Below, piece after piece: positions 1 to 7,941 of a DNA stretch of 64,000 nucleotides. The stretch spans positions 2,048,001 through 2,112,000 of the forward strand of contig OZ220691.1 of the NCBI GenBank assembly GCA_965116475.1. The letters are read 5' to 3'. How positions within the stretch are numbered: the first letter of the stretch is position 1; each line of letters starts with the position of its first letter. The notes beneath the pieces are model-generated. The model did no database searches, had not been told where the DNA came from, and was given only the letters and a program-made list of their open reading frames with translations. A program made the position numbers and the translations under genes. Origin of the DNA: Gemmatimonadota bacterium (GTDB taxonomy: Bacteria; Gemmatimonadota; Gemmatimonadetes; Palauibacterales; Palauibacteraceae).

Positions 1-237
1 AACCGCTACTGGATCGCCACCCAGCGCGACCAGCACGAATGGTCCTGGCTGGACGTGTACGAGGATGCCGCATACCTCGGGTCGGTGCGGGTCCGGGATC
101 GGCTCCGCGCCTTCGACCTCCTCGGGTCGACCCTGGTCGTGCTGGCCGACCGGCAGCTCGGGCCGGACGATGGCGACGGGATTCCCGATCGAGCCCTCGA
201 CTGGTACGACATCGCAGACCTGCCCTTCGCGCGGTGA
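1..237 (+). CDS. C-terminal fragment of a beta-propeller family protein (5' end outside window)
   Basis: Frame open from base 1 (NRYWIATQRDQHEWSWLDVY...) to TGA at 237. The tail FDLLGSTLVVL...ALDWYDI resembles MDVLGDTLAVL...VDWYDIS of the gene at 59616-60713. Confidence 0.7.
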   Translation, partial: NRYWIATQRDQHEWSWLDVYEDAAYLGSVRVRDRLRAFDLLGSTLVVLADRQLGPDDGDGIPDRALDWYDIADLPFAR

Positions 238-1460
238 GGCCCTGCGCACAGCTGCCGAGCCGCATTCCGACACTGGGTCGCATACCGATCCTGATGGCGG
301 CCCTCGCCGCTTGCGGGGGAGACCCCGGGCGCACCGACGACGTCGGGGTCCAGGTCCGGGACAGCGCCGGGGTGCGGATCGTCGAGTACGCCGGCCATCC
401 AGCCATCGAGGCGCCCTTCGCCCTCGCGGCGGAGCCGTTGTACCGACACGGCGCGGACCCCGGCGATTACGGATTCCAGTTCGTCGACGCCGGCCGGCTC
501 CTGCCGGATGGAAGCGCGATCATTGCCTGGTACAGCGGCATGGTCGTCCTGAGTCCGGACGGCACGACGCAAGAGGTGCTCGCCACCGCCGGAGAGGGAC
601 CGGGCGAAGTCATCTCCCCCCACGCGGTGTTCGTCCTGGGTCGGGACAGCGTCCTCGTGCCCGATGATCGTCTGTCTCGCCTGACGCTCTTCGTCGGCGA
701 CTCGGTCGCGCGCATCTCGAGCCTCCCCCGGGCGGGGCACCTCGGTGTGGCCGGGATCGGCTCAGCCGGCGAACTGCTGCTCCGGGACCGACACCCCGCC
801 AGCCTCTGGATCGACATCGACACCGAGTGGCTCGCCGGGCACATGACCCGGTTCGATATCGAAACCGGCGCCCTCGACACGGTCGCGTCGTACGACCACT
901 TCCCGAGTCAGCGGTCGGGGGAGGAGTCCCCGATCATCCGACCCATGGGCGAGGTCACGGTGGCTGCGGGGCAGTTCGTCTACACCCGGTCCGACAGGCC
1001 CGAGATCTCCTGGCGTCGGCCGGACGGCACCGTAACCCGGATCGTGCGCTGGCGGCCCGAGCCCAACCTGCTGACCGGGGAAGCTCTGGAGCACGTCGAG
1101 GCCTACCTGCAGATGCTGTACCGCAGGCACCGTGTAGGGTCCGAAGCTTGGCGCGACGAGATCATCCAGGAAGACCTGGCCCAGTATCGCGCCATGATCG
1201 GCCAGCCGGTGCCGTTCTTCGGCACCCCCTTCGCCGACGCCGACGGCAACGTATGGCTGCCCTCCTACCGTCCCGCCTACCCGGAGGAGGGCTCCCCCTA
1301 CACCGTCATCTCCCCCGACGGCGAGTGGCTGGGCACAGTCGAGACCCCACCCCGCTTCCGAATCCTCGACGTGACCGGCAACCGCCTCCTCGCCGTCCTC
1401 CGCGACAACCTGGACATAGAAAGCGTCGCCGTATACGACCTGACCCCGAGCCCCCGATAG
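234..1460 (+). CDS. 6-bladed beta-propeller-type lipoprotein
   Basis: GTG at 234 overlaps the upstream TGA (GTGA). Lipobox LAAC, VRDSAGVRIVE motif, GEGPGE motif, and C-terminal D-x-L-D-I-E motif shared with neighbouring paralogs. Confidence 0.75.
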   Translation: MRPCAQLPSRIPTLGRIPILMAALAACGGDPGRTDDVGVQVRDSAGVRIVEYAGHPAIEAPFALAAEPLYRHGADPGDYGFQFVDAGRLLPDGSAIIAWYSGMVVLSPDGTTQEVLATAGEGPGEVISPHAVFVLGRDSVLVPDDRLSRLTLFVGDSVARISSLPRAGHLGVAGIGSAGELLLRDRHPASLWIDIDTEWLAGHMTRFDIETGALDTVASYDHFPSQRSGEESPIIRPMGEVTVAAGQFVYTRSDRPEISWRRPDGTVTRIVRWRPEPNLLTGEALEHVEAYLQMLYRRHRVGSEAWRDEIIQEDLAQYRAMIGQPVPFFGTPFADADGNVWLPSYRPAYPEEGSPYTVISPDGEWLGTVETPPRFRILDVTGNRLLAVLRDNLDIESVAVYDLTPSPR

Positions 1461-1476
1461 GCGCCGCTGACCAGCG

Positions 1477-2190
1477 TCATTCGATGATCACCTCAGCCTG
1501 AACACGGAAATCGGCTACGCCCTTGTCGAGCACCGTCGGCAGTGGAGAGTGCTCCTTCAGGGTCGTCGCCAAGTCGGGGTTGATCCAGGCTATCGTTTCG
1601 AGGATGTCCTGATGGCTTCGGTTGAGGTTCCGGTCCCAGACGGCCTCATGGTGAGAGACGCGGTTACGCAGGTCGCGGAGTGGATCCAGGGCGTGGAAGA
1701 TCCGGCTGCGCGTGCGCTTCGCTTCGGGTAGATGCGGGAATCCCCGCGTCGCCAGTCCGGGCCAGAGGCGTGGCCCGCCGGCGCGCCCCTGTTCGTAAGG
1801 CGTCCTGCACAGGCTTACCCAGAAACCGAACCCCAAGGCCGAGACAAGCCGGCCTTCGGTCATCGTGCGGTTTCGCTTCGCGATCGTCTTCTTTGCCTTC
1901 TCGACGGCCAAACGCTCGTGGTCAGCAAGCAGCGAAGGTCGAGCATCGAGCCAACACGGAACCTTGTCGAAACTGAGGCTGGCCTCATCTACGATCCTCT
2001 TGGAAATCCTGAAGAGGCGGTTTCGGACGGTAATCTCGAGGGTGTGAAGCGCCGGTTGGAGAGCGCTGCACAGCGCGAGGTTCCACAGGTACCTCGCCAC
2101 GCTGTCGACTTCGTCGGCGTCGCCGGGCAGCGCGTAGGCTTTCAGCCGCTCCGCTGAGAGCGCGCTTCGAAGGCTTCCGATGGATAGCAT
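1477..2190 (-). CDS. Abi-like (AbiD/AbiF, Abi_2-type) HEPN-family protein
   Basis: LSAERLKAY...YLWNLALC...LEITVRN N-terminus and LRNRVSHHE (Rx4H HEPN motif). GGAG RBS upstream. Visibly more AT-rich than the flanking genes. Confidence 0.8.
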   Translation of the reverse strand: MLSIGSLRSALSAERLKAYALPGDADEVDSVARYLWNLALCSALQPALHTLEITVRNRLFRISKRIVDEASLSFDKVPCWLDARPSLLADHERLAVEKAKKTIAKRNRTMTEGRLVSALGFGFWVSLCRTPYEQGRAGGPRLWPGLATRGFPHLPEAKRTRSRIFHALDPLRDLRNRVSHHEAVWDRNLNRSHQDILETIAWINPDLATTLKEHSPLPTVLDKGVADFRVQAEVIIE

Positions 2191-2343
2191 ACCAACTCCG
2201 CAAGTTGCGTTATGGGTGAGAGTTCGCGATACTTCATGCGTAATTCCTCAGGTCGTCCTCTACTGCTAAAGGCCTTCGGGTGCAGAAAGACGCTGGGGTA
2301 AGGGCCCTGGGGGCGTTTTCGTCCCCGGGGCTCTTGGGTTAAG
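2191..2343 (-). ncRNA. Structured leader or candidate RNA antitoxin upstream of the Abi-like gene
   Basis: Two consecutive stem-loops (2300-2335 and 2254-2292) downstream of a TACACT -10-like hexamer. AACTC/GAGTT pairing could occlude the RBS. Confidence 0.45.
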
Positions 2344-2348
2344 GGAAG

Positions 2349-2354
2349 AGTGTA
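2349..2354 (-). promoter_or_regulatory. Putative -10 element (TACACT) for the Abi-like transcript
   Basis: AGTGTA on the + strand, about 13 nt upstream of the first hairpin. No clear -35 seen. Confidence 0.4.
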
Positions 2355-2479
2355 GCGGTCCCGGAGCCTCCACCTCGCGCTCGCGGGGCCGCCCGCCGTC
2401 CGCGCAACCAAGGCGTCGTTGATCGTGTCTCCGGTTCGGTGCGGCTGAACCGACCCCGCCTTCCTTCCCTGGACACGTC

Positions 2480-3712
2480 ATGACAATCCGAATCGCGCGA
2501 ACGATGCGAACGATGCGGACGCTGCGGGCCACGCCCGCGCTCATCCTCGGCTCCCTCTCCGCGGCGTGCGGAGGCGACGGCGGCGGAGGCCTGCAAAGCA
2601 CGGTGCGTGACAGCGCCGGGGTCACGATCGTCGAGAACGGGCGGCCCGCGCTCGACTCGCGGCTGGGGTGGCGAGTCGGGCCGGAAGCCACCGTGTCGAT
2701 CGGGACGGCGGAGGGCGACCCCGCGTACGAACTCTTCCGGGTCGGCGGCGCGATGCGGCTTTCGGACAGGCGGATCGTGGTCGCCAACGCGGGGACCGGG
2801 GAGCTTCGCGTGTACGACCCGAACGGCGTCCACCTCACGTCGTGGGGCGGTCAGGGCGACGGTCCCGGCGAATTCGGAGCCATGGCTCCAGGTGGGGTGG
2901 CATCGTGGCCGGGCGACTCGCTGATGGCCAGAGATTCCTTCCGCGGCCGGATCTCCATCTTCTCCGCCGATGGCACGTTCGGCCGCGCCCTCCGGCTGCA
3001 GGGCGGCTACCAGCGGGTGGTCGGCCCGCTCCCGGACGGGAGCGTCTTCGCGGCCACACTCACGCGGTTCGAGCGCGGGGAGCCGGGCACCTCGGAGATC
3101 GTCCGGCAGGACCTGGAGTATGGGATCCTCCGAGCGGACGGGAGCGTGCGGCGGGACCTGGGCGCGTACCGCGGATCGGAACTGTACTTCGTCAACACGG
3201 CCGAGGGGTCGCCGTTCCCCCGCCCCTATCCCTTTGATCGCAACGCCTTCGACTTCGTGTGGGGAGATGGTGTCGTCATCACCACCAATGACCGGTACGA
3301 GATTCGCGCCTATCGGGCGGACGGGTCGCTGGCGAGGATCGTCCGCCGCGACCACGACGTCCGCGCTCCGACCCGGGGCGACCTGCGCGACTACGTGGCC
3401 CGGCAGAACCCCGACCGGCCCGAGGCGCTGGACGAGGTCGGCGACATGCCGCTCGTCGAGGCGTTCCCCGCCTTCGCCTCGGTGCACGTCGACCGGCTGG
3501 GTTACCTCTGGGTCCGGGAATACCGGCTTCCGGGAGAGAGGCACCGGCTGTGGACCGTGTTCGATCCGGAGGGTCGCGTCCTCGGCCTCGTGGAGATGCC
3601 GGGGAGCTTCTCCGTCGAGGAGATCGGCGAGGACTACATCCTCGGCACGCGGCGTGACGAACTCGATGTCGAGTACGTGGAGTCCTGGCCCCTCGACCGC
3701 TCCGGCTCATGA
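2480..3712 (+). CDS. 6-bladed beta-propeller-type lipoprotein
   Basis: Lipobox SAAC, VRDSAGVTIVEN, GQGDGPGEF and DELDVEYV motifs. The start could be one of the later Met codons in the 9-bp repeat. Confidence 0.8.
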   Translation: MTIRIARTMRTMRTLRATPALILGSLSAACGGDGGGGLQSTVRDSAGVTIVENGRPALDSRLGWRVGPEATVSIGTAEGDPAYELFRVGGAMRLSDRRIVVANAGTGELRVYDPNGVHLTSWGGQGDGPGEFGAMAPGGVASWPGDSLMARDSFRGRISIFSADGTFGRALRLQGGYQRVVGPLPDGSVFAATLTRFERGEPGTSEIVRQDLEYGILRADGSVRRDLGAYRGSELYFVNTAEGSPFPRPYPFDRNAFDFVWGDGVVITTNDRYEIRAYRADGSLARIVRRDHDVRAPTRGDLRDYVARQNPDRPEALDEVGDMPLVEAFPAFASVHVDRLGYLWVREYRLPGERHRLWTVFDPEGRVLGLVEMPGSFSVEEIGEDYILGTRRDELDVEYVESWPLDRSGS

Positions 3713-4857
3713 GGTCCGCAATTCCGCTCACGGTCGCGCCGCTCACGGTCGCGCTGCTCGCGGGCGTCGCCGCTTGCGCGGATGAAGATGACACTCCCGC
3801 GCCGCCGCCCGAGATCCCGGTCTTCGAGGGCGTGATCGACCTGGAGGTCGGCGAGATCGAGGGGGAAGACCCCTACCTCTTCACGAGAATCGGCTCCGTC
3901 GTGGCGGACGACCGCGGGCGGGTGATCGTCGCGGACTACCAGACGCACGAGGTACGGGTGTTCGAGGCCGACGGGCGCTTCGCCTTCCGTCTGGGAGGCC
4001 AGGGGGACGGTCCCGGCGAGCTGACGAACCCCTGCTGCATGACACTCGGACCCAACGGCCTCCTGTGGGTGCGGGAGAGCGCTCGCTACAGCGCATTCAG
4101 GCTCGGCGACGACGGCGCGGAGTACGCACGCAGCCTGAGGAGCGTGAACGCCTCCTTCAACCTGGTCGCTCCGGTCACCTTCGACGCGGAGGGCCGGCTC
4201 GTCGACCTCGGCACGGCGGCCGGCGAAACCCGGCTCACGCGCTTCCACCTGGGTCCGGGCATGGCCGTGGACACGGTCCCGATGGCGACGGCCGAGGAGC
4301 AGGCCACCGGCTTCAGCCCCGTCGATATCAGGATAGGAGACCAGGCTGCCACGTTCTTCCTCTACCAGCCCTTCGGTCCGCTGTGGATTCACGGACACGG
4401 GCCGGGCGGCCGGTGGGCCACGGCCGTCAGTTCCGCGTACGCGATCGCGCTCCACCATCCCGACGGGAGCACGTCGCGGATCGAGGCGCCGCTGCAGGGA
4501 CCGGAGTTGAGTCCGGATGAGCGCCGCCGGGCGCAGGCTCAAATCGACCGGGAGAAGGAGAGGTTCGACCTGCGCGACCACCCGTTCGGGGTCCCCGACC
4601 GCAAGCCGGTCCTGGCCGAACTCTTTTTCGACCGCGCCGGTCGGCTGTGGGTGGAGAAGACGGGAATCGACGGAGATGAGATGCGCGAGGCCGACGTCTA
4701 CCGTGAGGGCGCCCTGGAGGCCCGGTACCGCTGGCCGCGCCGCGTCGAACACCTCGCCTATCCCGCCTGGGCCACCGAGACGGAACTCTACGGCACGACG
4801 CGCGACTCCCTCGACGTCTGGCGCGCCGCCCGCGTCCGCTTCACCCGAATCCCGTAG
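3709..4857 (+). CDS. 6-bladed beta-propeller-type lipoprotein
   Basis: ATGA overlap with the previous gene. Lipobox VAAC, GQGDGPGEL, NHL-like DDRGRVIVAD and DRAGRLWV blades. Confidence 0.8.
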   Translation: MRSAIPLTVAPLTVALLAGVAACADEDDTPAPPPEIPVFEGVIDLEVGEIEGEDPYLFTRIGSVVADDRGRVIVADYQTHEVRVFEADGRFAFRLGGQGDGPGELTNPCCMTLGPNGLLWVRESARYSAFRLGDDGAEYARSLRSVNASFNLVAPVTFDAEGRLVDLGTAAGETRLTRFHLGPGMAVDTVPMATAEEQATGFSPVDIRIGDQAATFFLYQPFGPLWIHGHGPGGRWATAVSSAYAIALHHPDGSTSRIEAPLQGPELSPDERRRAQAQIDREKERFDLRDHPFGVPDRKPVLAELFFDRAGRLWVEKTGIDGDEMREADVYREGALEARYRWPRRVEHLAYPAWATETELYGTTRDSLDVWRAARVRFTRIP

Positions 4858-4880
4858 CGGGAGAAACGCATGAGGAACGC

Positions 4881-6089
4881 ATGAGGAACGTCCGGAAAAC
4901 AACGATCCTGGCTGCTGTCGCCCTGTGGATCTGGTGCGACCCGGCGTCCGGCGACTCCCTTCAGGGCTTCCAGGTGCGCGACAGCGCGGGCATCGCGATC
5001 GTCGAAAACCGAGGAGATATCCCGGAGTTCGGCCTGCCGGGGCCAGCCACGTTGCGGCTGGGAAGACAGGACGGTCCGCCCGAATACCAGATGTTCCGCG
5101 TCCCCGACGCCGTGGAACTGGACGACGGATCCGTCGTGGTGGTGAGCCAGATCGAGCCCCTGATCCGGATCTTCGCCCCGGATGGCACGCTCCGGGCGCA
5201 CTTCGGGTCTCTCGGCGAAGGACCGCGCGAATTCGGTCTCCCGCAGAGGGTGTGGAAGGCGGGGGCGGACTCCCTCGTCATCTATGACTGGCGCAATCGA
5301 CGGCTCGCCTACTGGACCGCGGGCGGGAGCTTCCTCTCGGTGAACCCGATGCGCCCGCTCCCGGCCGCCCCGCTGCCTGGAGGGCGCTTCCGGGACGGGA
5401 GCGTACTCGTCACGAGCCTGCTGATGACGCGGGCGCGGGACTTCGCGTGGTCGCCGCTCATCGGCCTCCGCTACGCCGGGTCCGGAGCGCTCCGGGACAC
5501 GGTGTTCAACGTCCCGGGATGGCACCTCGGACCCGTCGACGTCGCGGGGGAAACGCGGCTCATGCCCCGGCACTTCGAGGGTCTGGCCGGTGCGGTGGCC
5601 CTCGACGACGCCATCGCGCTGGCGACGGGCAACGCGTACGAGGTCAGGATCCTCGATCCCGACGGACGGCCGACCCGACGGGTCCGCTGGACGGGGCGCG
5701 ACCGGACCGTCCAGCGGGCCCATGTGGACGCGGCGCGTGAGGAGACCCTCCGAAGCGCGCCCCCCGAGCAGCGGCAGCAGGCGGCGAGTTTCTTCGACGC
5801 CGCGCCGGCCGCCGAGGAGTTCGGTACCGTGTCCGGACTTCGCGCCACCCCGGCCGGCGGCCTCTGGGTGCAGGAGTTGCGCCGCCCCGGGGATCCGGAG
5901 GGCGAGCGCTGGCTCGCCTTTGACGGCGCAGGACGTCTTCTCGGCCGCATGGCGCTGCCCGCGCGCACGAGGCTGACCCGTGTCGGCGAGCGGCATCTCA
6001 TCGTCATCGAGCAGGACGAACTCGACATCGAATACGTCTCCCTCTATCCCCTCCCCCCGGAGTTGAGCGAAGTTGGAGGACGGACGTAA
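4881..6089 (+). CDS. 6-bladed beta-propeller-type exported protein
   Basis: Signal-like N-terminus, VRDSAGIAIVEN, GEGPREF, DELDIEYV. Confidence 0.8.
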   Translation: MRNVRKTTILAAVALWIWCDPASGDSLQGFQVRDSAGIAIVENRGDIPEFGLPGPATLRLGRQDGPPEYQMFRVPDAVELDDGSVVVVSQIEPLIRIFAPDGTLRAHFGSLGEGPREFGLPQRVWKAGADSLVIYDWRNRRLAYWTAGGSFLSVNPMRPLPAAPLPGGRFRDGSVLVTSLLMTRARDFAWSPLIGLRYAGSGALRDTVFNVPGWHLGPVDVAGETRLMPRHFEGLAGAVALDDAIALATGNAYEVRILDPDGRPTRRVRWTGRDRTVQRAHVDAAREETLRSAPPEQRQQAASFFDAAPAAEEFGTVSGLRATPAGGLWVQELRRPGDPEGERWLAFDGAGRLLGRMALPARTRLTRVGERHLIVIEQDELDIEYVSLYPLPPELSEVGGRT

Positions 6090-6100
6090 GATCCCGGGAC

Positions 6101-7330
6101 GTGGAGCGCCACACCATGCGGCACATCGTTCGCACCGGCCTGTTCGCGACGGCGGCCTCTTTCGCTGCGTACGGCAGCGTGCAGGCGGCGGGTGCAGGCC
6201 CTCAGTCGGTCGTGCGGGACAGCGCGGGCGTGACGATCGTGGAGAACGCGGCGCCAGCGGCGGACACGTGGCTCGGCTGGCGGATCGGGGCGGAGCCCGC
6301 GCTCTCGGTCGGCGCCGTCGAGGGCGACCCCGCGTACGAGCTGTTTCGGGTGGCGGACGCGACGCGGCTGCCGGACGGAAGGATCCTCGTCGCCAACACG
6401 GGTTCCGGCGAACTGCGGGCGTTCGACGCTTCCGGGACCCACCTGCAATCCTGGGGAGGGCAGGGCGAGGGGCCGGGGGAATTCAGCCGCGGCGCGCCCT
6501 CCGGGGTCGGGGCCTGGCCCGGCGACTCCATCTCCGCCTCCGACACGGGTGCGAGACGGTTCTCCGTCTTCGACGCGAACGGCGAACTCGGCCGCACCTC
6601 CCGGCTGCCGGATCCCTACCAGCGTCTGGTCGGAGTTCTGCCGGACGGAAAGCTGGTCGTCGTGTCCTCATCCGGTTTCAGCTTCACCGGCGGCGAGTTC
6701 CCGGACGGCCTGTCGCGGCGCGAGGTGGAGTACGCGGTCGTCGAGCCGGATGGCGGCGTACATTCGACGCTGGGCACGCATCCGGGCAGCGAGTGGGCGG
6801 CCAGCGCCGAAGACATGTCCGTCCGGCCGCACCCCTTCGGCCGCGATCCCATCTACGCCGTGTGGGGCGACCTGGTCGTGCTGGGCACGAACGACCGCTA
6901 CGAGTTCCGGGCCCACGCCACCGACGGCGCGGTGGCGAGGGTCGTGCGGCGCGAGCACGAGGCCCGGCGCCCGACGCGCGCGGATCTCGACGCCCATTTC
7001 GCGCGGCGGTACGAGAATCTGTCCGGGCCGGAGCGATCCGCCGCGCTGGCCGACGTGGCCGACATGCCGCTGACGGACGCCTTCCCGGCCTTCACCAGCA
7101 TCCGGGTGGACGAATTCGATCATCTCTGGGTCGAGGAATACCGCCACGCGGGCGAAACGCGCCGCATCTGGACCGTGTTCGACCCCGGGGGCCGAGTCCT
7201 CGGTCGCATCGAGACCCCGCCGCGTCTGCGCATCTTCGAAATCGGCCCCGACTACCTCCTCGGCGCCACCTACGACGAATTCCAGATCGAATACGTCCAA
7301 CTCTGGCCCCTCGCCCGCTCAGGTTCGTGA
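6101..7330 (+). CDS. 6-bladed beta-propeller-type exported protein
   Basis: Signal peptide ending VQA, VRDSAGVTIVEN, GQGEGPGEF, DEFQIEYV. Close paralog of 2480-3712 (shared EGDPAYELFRV, TNDRYE and DMPL motifs). The start may be the ATG at 6116. Confidence 0.8.
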   Translation: MERHTMRHIVRTGLFATAASFAAYGSVQAAGAGPQSVVRDSAGVTIVENAAPAADTWLGWRIGAEPALSVGAVEGDPAYELFRVADATRLPDGRILVANTGSGELRAFDASGTHLQSWGGQGEGPGEFSRGAPSGVGAWPGDSISASDTGARRFSVFDANGELGRTSRLPDPYQRLVGVLPDGKLVVVSSSGFSFTGGEFPDGLSRREVEYAVVEPDGGVHSTLGTHPGSEWAASAEDMSVRPHPFGRDPIYAVWGDLVVLGTNDRYEFRAHATDGAVARVVRREHEARRPTRADLDAHFARRYENLSGPERSAALADVADMPLTDAFPAFTSIRVDEFDHLWVEEYRHAGETRRIWTVFDPGGRVLGRIETPPRLRIFEIGPDYLLGATYDEFQIEYVQLWPLARSGS

Positions 7331-7360
7331 AGCTCGACGTCTCGCGCACCGCTCGCCATT

Positions 7361-7555
7361 TCAGCTGTCTGGAGGCCGGGGAACCTGGAGGTCTTTGCAG
7401 ATCTTTCGGGCGAGGTCGCGGTTGATCTCGTTGTGTCGGGGGATCGTCGAGACTTTCTTGGCCGTCCGGTTGATGTAAAGCGTGTGGTTCCCGCCCTCTC
7501 GCAGGAAGGCGCAACCGTGCCGTGTCAGGTGCCGCAGCAAATCCCGGCGCTTCAC
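7361..7555 (-). CDS. hicA: HicA family toxin (type II TA)
   Basis: 64 aa basic protein MKRRDLLRHL...REGGNH...IPRHNEI...ICKDL. Confidence 0.85.
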   Translation of the reverse strand: MKRRDLLRHLTRHGCAFLREGGNHTLYINRTAKKVSTIPRHNEINRDLARKICKDLQVPRPPDS

Positions 7556-7773
7556 GCCGTGACGGTGATGGGCTCTCTTATGACCGTGCTGCCGCCGACG
7601 TCCTCGCGGGCCATTTCCCGGTTGGCTTCGATCACCAGGGTGACGGCTTCGCGAAGGTTGGACCGAGCTTCTTCGAGCGAAGCGCCCTGGGTGTTGGCGC
7701 CGGGAAACTCCTCGATGAAGGCGATGTAGCCTTCAGGGACTCTCCGGAACACCGCCGTGCATCGCAGGTCCAC
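7552..7773 (-). CDS. hicB: HicB family antitoxin (short form, no DNA-binding domain)
   Basis: AGGAGG RBS then GTG at 7773. GYIAFIEEFPGANTQGASLEEARSNLREAV is a typical HicB signature. Overlaps the hicA start. Confidence 0.85.
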   Translation of the reverse strand: MDLRCTAVFRRVPEGYIAFIEEFPGANTQGASLEEARSNLREAVTLVIEANREMAREDVGGSTVIREPITVTA

Positions 7774-7941
7774 GACCGACCTCCTGATGATCTGGGTTTG
7801 CCAACGGGAGGGTGGTACGGCGCGTGGTGAGCCGCGGCCCCTGCCCGACCATGGAGAATAGGTGTTGCGGGTGCGGCGGCAAAGCTGGTGAGGCGGTATC
7901 TTCCCGCGCGAACTTCCTGATCCGAGGAGCGTAGCAGGGGC

